Below are positions 50,549-58,734 of a DNA stretch of 64,000 nt, in pieces. This stretch comes from a virus, in the IMG/VR virus record IMGVR_UViG_3300023179_000041, positions 32,001-96,000 of that record; one strand, 5' to 3'. The notes below the pieces were generated by a model. The model was not told where the DNA came from. It made no database searches and saw nothing but the letters and a program-made list of their open reading frames with translations. The first letter of the stretch is position 1. The number at the start of each line of letters is the position of its first letter. The position numbers and the translations under genes are program-made.

Positions 50549-50758
50549 ATGAAAGAGTACAGAATCACCACCATGGTCACCGTGGATGTTTTGGCCGCAA
50601 GTGAGACCCTTGCCGTCAAGTACGCCCTGGATGAGATTGACGACCACATCAGAAACAGAGAAGACACCAAGTCTGTTAAGAACCCAGTCGTTACCGGCAT
50701 TGCTCAGACCTTGGATGGCGAGTTCATGGTTTTTGAACAGAAGCGTGCTAGAGCCTGA
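50549..50758 (+). CDS. Hypothetical protein
   Basis: MKEYRIT..VTVDV.A.SE..A pattern of small early proteins. Confidence 0.6.
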   Translation: MKEYRITTMVTVDVLAASETLAVKYALDEIDDHIRNREDTKSVKNPVVTGIAQTLDGEFMVFEQKRARA

Positions 50759-50797
50759 TATAATATGATAACAACACAATACGAGGAGGTGAAACAA

Positions 50798-50998
50798 ATG
50801 AGCATTGACTTAGACGCCCGCGTGGAAGAAGCGGTAGACGTGGGTCTTGAAGCCTTCTGGGCTGCCATCGTGGAGAAGTTCCCCGAGTCGCAATCCGGAG
50901 ACTTTGACCCGATGCTAGAAGGTGCAATGTATGCAGATATGTCCGCATACCTTCGCCACTGGCTTACACTCAATACCAACCTAATTCCAAAGGAGTAA
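50798..50998 (+). CDS. Hypothetical protein
   Basis: GGAGGTG RBS; AFWAAIVEKFPE..SGD. Confidence 0.65.
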   Translation: MSIDLDARVEEAVDVGLEAFWAAIVEKFPESQSGDFDPMLEGAMYADMSAYLRHWLTLNTNLIPKE

Positions 50999-51002
50999 AC
51001 GA

Positions 51003-51293
51003 ATGTCCTTAATCAGGAACAAATGGTTTTGGTGGTTTGTCGTTCTGGTGTTGTCCTTCGGTGTGCTGCCGGTGACGAATGCGTCGCCGATGTTGGTCGC
51101 CATGGCAATGCTGTGGGCAATCTTTTTCCCAACCATGCAATTCACTGGAGGAGTATTTAAGTTCCTCAAGTTTCATCAATTCCCAACCCCATTTCAACTA
51201 CTGAAAGGATTCAAGCGCATATGGCCCGCCGTAAGAAAAGGTCCCGTCGTCACGCGAGTGCACCGACCACGCCCATCGTCACGTACACCGTGA
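51003..51293 (+). CDS. Small membrane protein
   Basis: AAGGAG RBS; two TM segments. Confidence 0.55.
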   Translation: MSLIRNKWFWWFVVLVLSFGVLPVTNASPMLVAMAMLWAIFFPTMQFTGGVFKFLKFHQFPTPFQLLKGFKRIWPAVRKGPVVTRVHRPRPSSRTP

Positions 51294-51475
51294 CAGTGGC
51301 GCACGAGCCGAATGCTGAGTGTGATGCGTGCTGCATGCCGCGGCCAACGCTCATCGAGCAGGAAAGCGGCGCATGGATTTGCGAGATGTGCGCCGGGCTC
51401 TCAAGAGGCGGCGGTGCGTTTTGGAGCATGGCATTCTTCAATGGAATCTACGATGCAGCAGGAGACGGCTGGTGA
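51221..51475 (+). CDS. Small zinc-ribbon protein
   Basis: CDAC...CEMC. Confidence 0.5.
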   Translation: MARRKKRSRRHASAPTTPIVTYTVTVAHEPNAECDACCMPRPTLIEQESGAWICEMCAGLSRGGGAFWSMAFFNGIYDAAGDGW

Positions 51476-51972
51476 AAATAACCGACGACATCATCGAAAA
51501 CAAGAACGCAGAACTGTGGAAGGATGCAGCGCTTAAGTACGGGACGAAATTCAAAGTTCCGAATAGCGAGCAGCAGCGCATCGGCGAACTTATCCGCGGG
51601 CTGTGCGTGATGCAGGTTTGGCAAAAAACGCCATCGGCCGGCAACATAGTGCGGTTTATGCGCGATTACTCGATTGCCCAGCCGGTAATCGAGTATCTCG
51701 TCACAGAGTACCTGGGGAAAGAACGGTTGAAAGAAGCGGTCCAAGAAAAGAAACCTGAGAAGCGCGCCGACAAGTGGAAAGCCCTTGAGGAGTGGTGCAA
51801 AAACAACACTTACAAGGAAGTAACCACCGAAGAGATTGTCGGCCTTTCGGGATTTTCTTATCCAACAGTTCTAAACTATCTTAAAACTTCCCCATACTTC
51901 CGCAAAATACAGCGGGGCTCGTGGGAAGTGAGGGACCCCAAAGCGGATAGAGAACGAGAGAAGAATGGCTAA
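51472..51972 (+). CDS. Hypothetical protein with C-terminal winged helix
   Basis: GTGA coupling, AGGAG RBS; TTEEIVGLSGFSYPTVLNYL..RGSWEV. Confidence 0.6.
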   Translation: MKITDDIIENKNAELWKDAALKYGTKFKVPNSEQQRIGELIRGLCVMQVWQKTPSAGNIVRFMRDYSIAQPVIEYLVTEYLGKERLKEAVQEKKPEKRADKWKALEEWCKNNTYKEVTTEEIVGLSGFSYPTVLNYLKTSPYFRKIQRGSWEVRDPKADREREKNG

Positions 51973-52426
51973 GAAGTCAACTGAGCGCATCGTACTGATG
52001 GACTTGAACGTGGCTTTGTCGTCCAACTTCAGCGAGATGCGTAATCATGCCTTTGAAGACTTCGTAAACAATCACGAGGACTATCGGAAGTGGATGACGG
52101 AACTACTTGACCCGGAATTTACGATTCTGATTACGGCGCGCAACATCAAGTGGGCCATTCCCACGTTGAAGCGCATATATGACCGTACCGGATGGCAGCC
52201 AGACCTCGCCCTCTTTAACGACACAGACATCGATGGCCAAGATGCTCCGGCAATCAAGGAGTATCAGATGGTCAATCGAGTATTCAAGAAATTCGGGAAT
52301 GACACAGGTAAATACCACGCCATTGACTCAAACGCGAATACGCGGGCGATGTACAAGCGGCTTGGGCTGAGCAGCGTGCATGACTGTGCGCGCGGCAAGG
52401 ACATGTGGTTCAGGCTCCCCTTTTAA
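51965..52426 (+). CDS. HAD-superfamily (PNKP-phosphatase-like) protein
   Basis: VLMDLN, LITAR, PAIK, AIDSN: HAD motifs I-IV. Confidence 0.7.
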   Translation: MAKKSTERIVLMDLNVALSSNFSEMRNHAFEDFVNNHEDYRKWMTELLDPEFTILITARNIKWAIPTLKRIYDRTGWQPDLALFNDTDIDGQDAPAIKEYQMVNRVFKKFGNDTGKYHAIDSNANTRAMYKRLGLSSVHDCARGKDMWFRLPF

Positions 52427-52449
52427 CAAAACAAAGAAAGACATAAAAC

Positions 52450-52692
52450 ATGACAAGGAAGACGGAGTTCCGGCAGCCGCCGGGACCACGAAACGGCAGC
52501 CCATTTCAGGTTGCGCGTTTCGTAGACAAACTCAAAGAGACTCCTGGCGAGTGGGCGGTGTACTGCACCGGCAACATCGCGCGCACGGGTCACTCCAAAG
52601 CACAGCAATACAAGAAGCGATATCCGGGTACGGAATGGATTGTGCGACGCGAAGAAGGCGGCTACACCGTCTTTGGAAGATGGGTGGGGTAG
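52450..52692 (+). CDS. Hypothetical protein
   Basis: LKETPGEWA...VFGRWVG. Confidence 0.6.
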   Translation: MTRKTEFRQPPGPRNGSPFQVARFVDKLKETPGEWAVYCTGNIARTGHSKAQQYKKRYPGTEWIVRREEGGYTVFGRWVG

Positions 52693-52702
52693 ATTGCCGC
52701 AC

Positions 52703-52966
52703 ATGAAACCAATCACCGTGAGTGCTGCGGCAAATACCCGTAGTGATGGATTGCGCATCGTTGCAGTTTTGCGCGAACTCGATGAAACAGGAGAACTCCT
52801 GTTACATGAAGCAAAGAAGGGAATGGGGTGGACGGTCACGGGCTATGTGTGCTTGTCCCTCGACAATCTTCGCAAACTACGAAATCGTTTCAACGACATG
52901 GGTGTACTTGCCTCGGTGAAGGATGCTGACCGGCCACATGGCCCAAGGGAACGGCCTGCGCAGTAA
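52703..52966 (+). CDS. Hypothetical protein
   Basis: Leaderless-type start after TAGATT; runs into repeat copy 3. Confidence 0.45.
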   Translation: MKPITVSAAANTRSDGLRIVAVLRELDETGELLLHEAKKGMGWTVTGYVCLSLDNLRKLRNRFNDMGVLASVKDADRPHGPRERPAQ

Positions 52967-53014
52967 AATAAAACCATTTCTACTGGAACACCATTTTTTG
53001 GGCTAGGGGCAAAA
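52942..53014 (+). repeat. Early-region element, copy 3
   Basis: CCCAAGGGAACGGC...AAATAAAACCA-N7-TGGAACACCATTTTTTGGGCTAGGGGCAAAA. Confidence 0.9.
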
Positions 53015-53037
53015 TGAGACACTATTGCCGAAGTGTC

Positions 53038-53193
53038 TCACGGTAAACAGTTGAGACTGAACCAATCCTTTATTTTCTGCCAACGCGACCTATTTTCCCA
53101 ATCGCGCATAGCCAGTTTCAGGCGCACATACAGGAGTTTTATTTCATCGTCGGTCATATTTTCCAGTTTGGTGTTGAATGTTTGTTTGTCCAT
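53038..53193 (-). CDS. Small hypothetical protein
   Basis: AGAAAGGG RBS before MDKQTFNTK. Confidence 0.5.
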   Translation of the reverse strand: MDKQTFNTKLENMTDDEIKLLYVRLKLAMRDWENRSRWQKIKDWFSLNCLP

Positions 53194-53228
53194 ACCCTTT
53201 CTACGCACGAACTTTTTGGGGTGTGACG

Positions 53229-53257
53229 TTGGCAAATAAGATTCTTTGTGCTACAAT
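53229..53257 (+). promoter_or_regulatory. Early promoter, leaderless transcript
   Basis: TTGGCA-N17-TACAAT with TG extension; ATG 6 nt downstream. Confidence 0.75.
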
Positions 53258-53263
53258 GGGTGT

Positions 53264-53512
53264 ATGAATCAAACTTATGTGCTCCAAAAAACCAATGATA
53301 AGGGATACCGGCGATTCGCAGCAAAGGTCTTAGGCGACCGAGGCGGAACCACCAACACCCTTCGCAATGCCTTGACTTGGGATAGTTTTGCCAATGCTGA
53401 GACTTTCCGTATTATCCATAACCTGACTCAGTTTGATGTTGTCCTTTCAGACAATACGGACGACGAGCAGACAGAAGTGCGCGCGTATTGGGCTGCCAAG
53501 AATGGAAAATAA
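53264..53512 (+). CDS. Hypothetical protein
   Basis: Leaderless ATG. Confidence 0.6.
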   Translation: MNQTYVLQKTNDKGYRRFAAKVLGDRGGTTNTLRNALTWDSFANAETFRIIHNLTQFDVVLSDNTDDEQTEVRAYWAAKNGK

Positions 53513-53819
53513 ACCAGACTGGACGGATATGCTCCTTGCGCCACCCGAAAGTATCCCCGACTACATAATCGAAGACCACGAAGACTGGTGGATTTGTAAG
53601 TGTAAGAACCAGCCAGACTCAGATGGGTTTAGTCCTTGTAGTCCTATCGGCGCGCGTTGCGAGCCAGATGACGACAGTTGGGACGGAACCCACTACCTAT
53701 GTGAACGGTGTTTTCGTATCATCGACCAACATACACTTCAGATAATGGGTATCCCCTCAGACGAAGTAATCCAACAGAACGAGTCGTATCGTTGGCACGA
53801 TGTGTCCTTATTTGACTGA
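53502..53819 (+). CDS. Cys-rich hypothetical protein
   Basis: WICKC.N.P..DGF.PC...YLCERC. Confidence 0.65.
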   Translation: MENKPDWTDMLLAPPESIPDYIIEDHEDWWICKCKNQPDSDGFSPCSPIGARCEPDDDSWDGTHYLCERCFRIIDQHTLQIMGIPSDEVIQQNESYRWHDVSLFD

Positions 53820-53824
53820 TAAGG

Positions 53825-53853
53825 TTGCTAAGTGTGCTACAATATGATACAAT
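53825..53853 (+). promoter_or_regulatory. Early promoter
   Basis: TTGCTA-N17-TACAAT (TG extended). Confidence 0.75.
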
Positions 53854-53896
53854 CTAAGTGTAAGCAATAATCAACTCAACAAGAAAAGAGAAACTA

Positions 53897-54214
53897 ATGG
53901 CTACTACAACTATGGAAGATTACTGGCTTGATGTCGCAGAGGCGTGTCATGCGGCGCACCTCATCGCGTGGGATACGTGCCACAAGATTTATCTCGCTAT
54001 GGACAAAACTCAGGCTGACTGGTTTGAGGAAAACTATCTCACTGAGCGCGGCACTCCAGAAGAAATGCTGGAAACTCTCAAGCGTTGGTACGAGCGTTCG
54101 TGCTGGCTTAGGTTCATTTCGGCGGTAGAAACCAACGAGGCTGACCCCAACGAAGGCTTCACCGACCTCATTCCTCAAGGCGCGGAAGAAGAAGAAGAGG
54201 AGGAGTATGCGTGA
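53897..54214 (+). CDS. Hypothetical protein
   Basis: IAWDTCHKIYL...SC.LRFI; acidic tail. Confidence 0.7.
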   Translation: MATTTMEDYWLDVAEACHAAHLIAWDTCHKIYLAMDKTQADWFEENYLTERGTPEEMLETLKRWYERSCWLRFISAVETNEADPNEGFTDLIPQGAEEEEEEEYA

Positions 54215-54420
54215 TGGAGAAAATTAACGTCATCCGCACCTTCACCTACGATGTCGCGGCAGTCAAAGAGTCAATTCGGGAACTTAACCACGACCCTGAG
54301 TTAGAAGTGTCTGACGACGAAGTGATGGACTTGGTCTATGGGTGGGCATATGAAGATATGCGCTCAGTCCCGTCCCGTCACGAACTCATCTTCCAAGATG
54401 AGGATGGCAACGATATCTAG
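54211..54420 (+). CDS. Small acidic protein
   Basis: GGAGGAG RBS, GTGA coupling. Confidence 0.6.
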   Translation: MMEKINVIRTFTYDVAAVKESIRELNHDPELEVSDDEVMDLVYGWAYEDMRSVPSRHELIFQDEDGNDI

Positions 54421-54421
54421 G

Positions 54422-54450
54422 TTGTAAAACCACCTACAATGTGCTACAAT
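54422..54450 (+). promoter_or_regulatory. Early promoter
   Basis: TTGTAA-N17-TACAAT. Confidence 0.75.
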
Positions 54451-54479
54451 GTAATCAACCCAATAGAAAGGCAAACACA

Positions 54480-54719
54480 ATGAACAAATATGTAGTTCGC
54501 GTCACCGCGTCCCTTGATATCTCCTATGTAATTGAGGGAGAGGATATGGACGACGCGATGGAAAACTCTCTTGACCGCTTTGACCCCAAGAATATTGTCG
54601 GAATAGACCACATTCATTGGGACAAGCCGTGGGACATTGAGGAGTACGCCGTAGGCGCGCCCCACCGTGTCCTTACAGAGAAAGAACTGAAGCCCTATCA
54701 GGAAGCAGGAATCATCTGA
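54480..54719 (+). CDS. Hypothetical protein
   Basis: GAAAGG RBS. Confidence 0.6.
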   Translation: MNKYVVRVTASLDISYVIEGEDMDDAMENSLDRFDPKNIVGIDHIHWDKPWDIEEYAVGAPHRVLTEKELKPYQEAGII

Positions 54720-55075
54720 TGGGCGCAGACTTCTTTCTATGTGTCCTCGAAATAAAACACACAAAGAGTGTCGCTCTGGCAAAGGCGAAAGACCTGAACC
54801 TGACCAAAGACGACTTTCATACCTTTGAGGACGCAGGCATTTGGTTTGACTGGACTGGCGATGACGCAGAACTGGTTAAAGAGATGCGTGCGAGGCTCCT
54901 AGAGGCTGTGGAGGCCGTTTATAGCGCAACCCAGCGTCGCGACTGTTCATACTTCTATGTGGACGGCGACAGGGTGTTCTACGCCACCGGTGGGACTTCG
55001 TGGGGCGGCGAACCAAGCGATGTCTGGGACGACTTCCTCCTTGTCCAGCAATACTCCAAAGAAATCTTGGAGTAG
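54719..55075 (+). CDS. Hypothetical protein
   Basis: MGADF...TGGTSWG..PS; TGATG coupling. Confidence 0.65.
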   Translation: MGADFFLCVLEIKHTKSVALAKAKDLNLTKDDFHTFEDAGIWFDWTGDDAELVKEMRARLLEAVEAVYSATQRRDCSYFYVDGDRVFYATGGTSWGGEPSDVWDDFLLVQQYSKEILE

Positions 55076-55078
55076 AGG

Positions 55079-55107
55079 TTGGCAAGTGTGCTACAATGTG
55101 CTACAAT
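55079..55107 (+). promoter_or_regulatory. Early promoter
   Basis: TTGGCA-N17-TACAAT. Confidence 0.75.
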
Positions 55108-55144
55108 GTAAGTAATAACCAAACTCAATGAAAGGGAATACACA

Positions 55145-55624
55145 ATGGGATTAGACCAATACCTCTACGCAAAGAAATACTCTTGCCCGAACGACATAAC
55201 TGGCAACGAGCGTTGGAAGCAGATGAACGCTGACTTCTCAAAGTTTAAGAAGTTGCTTGGCGACGACGCTAAATACATTCATAAAGAGTTGCCAAGTATT
55301 TCTGTCGAGATGAAAATCGGCTATTGGCGCAAGGCAAATGCCATTCACCAATGGTTCGTGGACAACTGCCAGAAGGGTGAGGACGACTGCCGTGAAGCCT
55401 ATGTGTCTCGTGAACAACTTGAGGAACTCTTGGGAGTAGTCAATAAAGTCCTTGCTGACCACAGCAAGGCTGATGAACTACTGCCAACACAGTCAGGTTT
55501 CTTCTTCGGCTCAACCGAGTACGACGAGTATTACTTTGGCGACCTTGAACTGACCAAGAAGATACTGAAGAACGCCCTCTCTATGCCGAAAGAGTGGGAC
55601 TTCGGATACTCAAGTTCTTGGTAA
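55145..55624 (+). CDS. Conserved phage protein (MGLD...YWRKANAIH family)
   Basis: MGLDQYL, IGYWRKANAIHQWF, LPT.SGFFFG, YSSSW. Confidence 0.75.
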   Translation: MGLDQYLYAKKYSCPNDITGNERWKQMNADFSKFKKLLGDDAKYIHKELPSISVEMKIGYWRKANAIHQWFVDNCQKGEDDCREAYVSREQLEELLGVVNKVLADHSKADELLPTQSGFFFGSTEYDEYYFGDLELTKKILKNALSMPKEWDFGYSSSW

Positions 55625-55631
55625 TAACTAA

Positions 55632-55740
55632 ACACATAAGGGCAGATGACTTGGCTGGGGCGGGACGCCGCTACTTCCAGTAATGGATGTCGTTGCCGAT
55701 GCTGAAAAGATGGCTGAAATAAACCATCGTTCCCTTGTGT
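55632..55740 (+). ncRNA. Candidate structured intergenic RNA
   Basis: ACATAAGGG/CCCTTGTGT closing stem enclosing three hairpins. Confidence 0.35.
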
Positions 55741-55744
55741 GAAG

Positions 55745-55773
55745 TTGTAAAACGACAAGAAAGGTGATACAAT
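55745..55773 (+). promoter_or_regulatory. Early promoter, leaderless transcript
   Basis: TTGTAA-N17-TACAAT; ATG 6 nt downstream. Confidence 0.75.
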
Positions 55774-55779
55774 ATCATT

Positions 55780-56004
55780 ATGGACAAGACAACCAAATAC
55801 GAAAACATAATCAACAGTATTATCAACGCCATTACCCATCACGGCGACCTCGCCACTGATGGAGAGTGCCTAGATGAGGTTTGGGGAGTTCTTGAGCAGG
55901 CTGGCTACGGCGAGCAACTCAGGAAAGTCCAAGCCGAACAAGAAGCCGACCACTTGGCGTTCATAGAAGCAAACCGCGTTCGGAGTGGTGGCGATGACGA
56001 CTGA
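55780..56004 (+). CDS. Hypothetical protein
   Basis: Leaderless ATG; TDGECLDEV. Confidence 0.6.
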   Translation: MDKTTKYENIINSIINAITHHGDLATDGECLDEVWGVLEQAGYGEQLRKVQAEQEADHLAFIEANRVRSGGDDD

Positions 56005-56260
56005 CCTTTGTGTTTACTGTCATCGCTCAACGGCGTTCGGTAGCGGCAACGGCCTGTTCGTGAACCGTATTCCAGTCGATGACGGCTGGGGTTGCGCGGA
56101 ATGCTCAGGCTTTGAGTGCGACGAGTGCGGAGAACAGATTTATCTGGACTCAGAAGTTCGCGTCGAGGGCTACGACGAAGGCAAATATCTGTACGGCAAC
56201 TATCACCAAGAGTGCTACAACAGAACAAAACACGGCGACGCAAGTTATGGTGTCGTATGA
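55994..56260 (+). CDS. Zinc-binding hypothetical protein
   Basis: CVYC, CAEC, CDEC, HQEC. Confidence 0.65.
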   Translation: MTTDLCVYCHRSTAFGSGNGLFVNRIPVDDGWGCAECSGFECDECGEQIYLDSEVRVEGYDEGKYLYGNYHQECYNRTKHGDASYGVV

Positions 56261-56349
56261 AAGACATACTCGTGGTCATTGCCCTGTTCGCTGTTCTTGC
56301 GGCTGTATTGGCCATTTACATCAAAACAAACGAAAGAGATACACAATGA
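56257..56349 (+). CDS. Tiny single-TM protein (30 aa)
   Basis: MKDILVVIALFAVLAAVLAIYIK; ATGA coupling both ends. Confidence 0.5.
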   Translation: MKDILVVIALFAVLAAVLAIYIKTNERDTQ

Positions 56350-56576
56350 GCATTGTCTATTGTGATGCTTGTAGCGGGACGTGGTTTCTTGACGCCCCGG
56401 TACGCATCGATACGCAAGGCTGGGATGACGCCGACTGGAATGCGTGGGACAATGTGATGTCCGACGCCGAACGCGGCGACTACGCAGATAAATACGCGCA
56501 CGCACAAATGTACGGCACTGTCGACAAAATGCCTTCTCCTCAAGAATATTCTCGTGGACAGGTTGGAGATGGCTGA
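56346..56576 (+). CDS. Hypothetical protein
   Basis: MSIVYCDAC; ATGA coupling. Confidence 0.55.
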   Translation: MSIVYCDACSGTWFLDAPVRIDTQGWDDADWNAWDNVMSDAERGDYADKYAHAQMYGTVDKMPSPQEYSRGQVGDG

Positions 56577-56591
56577 TTATTGTGCTACAAT
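56563..56591 (+). promoter_or_regulatory. Early promoter
   Basis: TTGGAG-N17-TACAAT (TGTG extended). Confidence 0.65.
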
Positions 56592-56640
56592 GTAAGTGTA
56601 AGCAATAACCAATAACCAACTCAATGAAAGGGAATACAAA

Positions 56641-57315
56641 ATGCCAAACTGGTGCTACAACGAATTAGAAGTCCACGGCGAAACAAGCGAACTCCAAAGG
56701 TTCGTTGACGCCACCAAGACCACCTACAAGGATGAGGAGACTGGCGAGACCAAAAAAGAAGTTGGTCTCAACCACCTCTTTCCTTGCCCCAAAGAACTGT
56801 CCGACACCGTGTCTGGCTTTCTGGGTGACGGAGAAGAACAGAAGAAACTGGAAGAACAGCAAAAGCGCAACATCGAGAAGTACGGTCACCAAGACTGGTA
56901 TTCGTGGTGTAATGCCAATTGGGGAACCAAGTGGGGTGCTTGCGACTTTGACTGGACTTCATTCTTTGACGACAAGATGGAAGAAAAAGCACAATACATT
57001 GGCGCCTACTTCCAGAGTGCGTGGTCGCCTGCTGAAGGTCTCATCAAAGAGATTTCCAAGCAGTTCCCAACTCTGGTGTTCTCGCTTGTTTACACAGAAG
57101 AAAGCCACGCCTTCGCAGGGTGCTCAGTCTTCCGTGACGGCAAACTTCTGGCAGAAGAAGGTGAAGAGCCACAGATGCCAGAAGGCTTAGAAGAACTTGC
57201 CGAGAAAGAAGATATGGACGACTACTACGAGGCAATGAGCGACTGGCAAAACGAATACTCGGACAAGTATCGAGAGATGCGTGACTCCCTAGTTGCCAAT
57301 GCCCTTGGCATTTAG
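56641..57315 (+). CDS. DUF1281/YubB ferredoxin-like family protein
   Basis: MPNWCYN.L.V...WY.W...NWGTKW...F.SAWSP. Confidence 0.75.
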   Translation: MPNWCYNELEVHGETSELQRFVDATKTTYKDEETGETKKEVGLNHLFPCPKELSDTVSGFLGDGEEQKKLEEQQKRNIEKYGHQDWYSWCNANWGTKWGACDFDWTSFFDDKMEEKAQYIGAYFQSAWSPAEGLIKEISKQFPTLVFSLVYTEESHAFAGCSVFRDGKLLAEEGEEPQMPEGLEELAEKEDMDDYYEAMSDWQNEYSDKYREMRDSLVANALGI

Positions 57316-57321
57316 GGGTCA

Positions 57322-57572
57322 ATATGTGGGGGGTGACAGGTTGTCACCTCCACTACATATAGTATGTGACATCCGACACAAGTAGTGACAGGTTGTCACC
57401 CTGGGGTGTCAGGCTGTCACCCCCTAGGTGACAGGTTGTCACCCCCTAGGTGTCAGGCTGTCACCCGCAAATATGGTACAAATCTCGGGAAACCCTTACC
57501 CAGTAAGGGTTTGAGCCTGTACCATAGATATCTAACCGTCACTTAACCGTCACTATAACCGTCACTTAACCA
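57322..57572. repeat. Iteron array: putative replication origin
   Basis: Five GTG(A/T)CAGG(T/C)TGTCACC units (four in tandem at 21-22 bp period), palindrome AAACCCTTAC-CCA-GTAAGGGTTT, three TAACCGTCAC repeats. Confidence 0.7.
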
Positions 57573-57601
57573 CAAAGCGCGAGTGACCTCGCGCACAGAG
57601 G

Positions 57602-57630
57602 TTGTGGTGATGTCAAACAGTATGTATAAT
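57602..57630 (+). promoter_or_regulatory. Promoter
   Basis: TTGTGG-N17-TATAAT. Confidence 0.6.
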
Positions 57631-57669
57631 GAAGATGTAATACCAACACACATAGAAAGCAGAAAAGCA

Positions 57670-57834
57670 ATGAGCAAGACCAAGACGGCGTCAAAGCCTA
57701 AGTACCCACTCATCGCCTTCCGTCTCTCGGAGGATATGGCGCGTCAAATCGCGACCGCATCCAAAGAGGACAAGGTAAGCAAGTCGGCAGTCATCAAGTC
57801 CGCTATTGAGGCTTACCTCAAGAAGCGCGGATAA
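57670..57834 (+). CDS. Ribbon-helix-helix (CopG-like) DNA-binding protein
   Basis: LIAFRLSEDM..QI...S....VSKSAVIKSAIEAYL. Confidence 0.75.
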   Translation: MSKTKTASKPKYPLIAFRLSEDMARQIATASKEDKVSKSAVIKSAIEAYLKKRG

Positions 57835-57864
57835 CGTAGCGTCCCTTGCGGCTGGGCAATCAGC

Positions 57865-57937
57865 CCCAAGGGAACGGCCGCACTGTAAATTAAATCCAAT
57901 TTATCTGGAACACCATTTTTTGGGCCAGAGGCAAAAA
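57865..57937 (+). repeat. Early-region element, copy 4
   Basis: CCCAAGGGAACGGC...TAAATCCA-N7-TGGAACACCATTTTTTGGGCCAGAGGCAAAAA. Confidence 0.9.
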
Positions 57938-57993
57938 CCAAAGTAGCCGGGTCAGGCAAGAACCACATCCGCGAACATATTCTTTCGGGAAGG

Positions 57994-58022
57994 TTGCAAA
58001 CCTGACTCGGCTATGGTACAAT
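57994..58022 (+). promoter_or_regulatory. Early promoter
   Basis: TTGCAA-N17-TACAAT. Confidence 0.75.
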
Positions 58023-58058
58023 GTAGTTGTGGCACAACACCCACAGAAAGAAAAAATA

Positions 58059-58292
58059 ATGAACAACGCAATGAACAAAAAGGCACTGCTTGAAGTTGCA
58101 AGCCGAGTAAAGAGCCTGCGTGAGACCAACGGTCTCTCACAGGGTCAGTTGGCTGAGAGCGCAGGCATTGACCGCAAAACCATCAACAGAATCGAGAACG
58201 GTCACTTCTCGCCGTCACTAGATACATTTTTCCGTATCTGCTACGCGCTTGATACCCGACCAGAAAAACTCGTGACGGGAATCAAGGTATGA
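58059..58292 (+). CDS. XRE-family HTH regulator
   Basis: VKSLRE..GLSQ.QLAE.AGI.RKTINRIENG..SPSL. Confidence 0.9.
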   Translation: MNNAMNKKALLEVASRVKSLRETNGLSQGQLAESAGIDRKTINRIENGHFSPSLDTFFRICYALDTRPEKLVTGIKV

Positions 58293-58513
58293 GCAATACC
58301 AAAGTCAAAGGCAAGGCTCACTACGCTCAGTCACTTGTTGGCAAAACAATCGTCAGCGTTCGCTATCTTTCAGAAGCAGAGATGGAAAACCTAGGTTGGT
58401 TCCCAACGGGCGACCCGACGTGCGTAATCTCGTTTAACGACGACACATACGCGCTCGTGCAATCCGACCCAGAAGGCAATGGCACAGGCTTCCTAGACAT
58501 TGGTCGCTACTAA
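58289..58513 (+). CDS. Hypothetical protein
   Basis: LVGKTI..VRYL...E...GW...SDPEGNG.G.L. Confidence 0.7.
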   Translation: MSNTKVKGKAHYAQSLVGKTIVSVRYLSEAEMENLGWFPTGDPTCVISFNDDTYALVQSDPEGNGTGFLDIGRY

Positions 58514-58686
58514 TGTCTGAACCCGTGACGGGCGATAAATACGAAGCAGCAAGAAAACTCGTGGATGAGGCTCTGTCGGAAATCTCCGGCAGAGACCTTG
58601 TCTCATCCGCAGAGATGACTGACCTACTCCTAGACATTCGTCTACATTTAGCAGCAGAAGAAGTTGCAACACAACCAACTTCGTGA
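58513..58686 (+). CDS. Small hypothetical protein (57 aa, not in ORF track)
   Basis: TAATG coupling; MSEPVTGDKYEAARKLVDEAL...DLLLDIR. Confidence 0.55.
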   Translation: MSEPVTGDKYEAARKLVDEALSEISGRDLVSSAEMTDLLLDIRLHLAAEEVATQPTS

Positions 58687-58692
58687 TACAAT
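58664..58692 (+). promoter_or_regulatory. Early promoter
   Basis: TTGCAA-N17-TACAAT. Confidence 0.75.
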
Positions 58693-58734
58693 CTAAGTGT
58701 AAGCAATAACCAACTCAACAGAAAGAAAAACAAA

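Noticed and set aside
57322-57572. CRISPR array
   Set aside because: Units are nearly contiguous with no 25-45 nt unique spacers and no cas genes; fits iterons.
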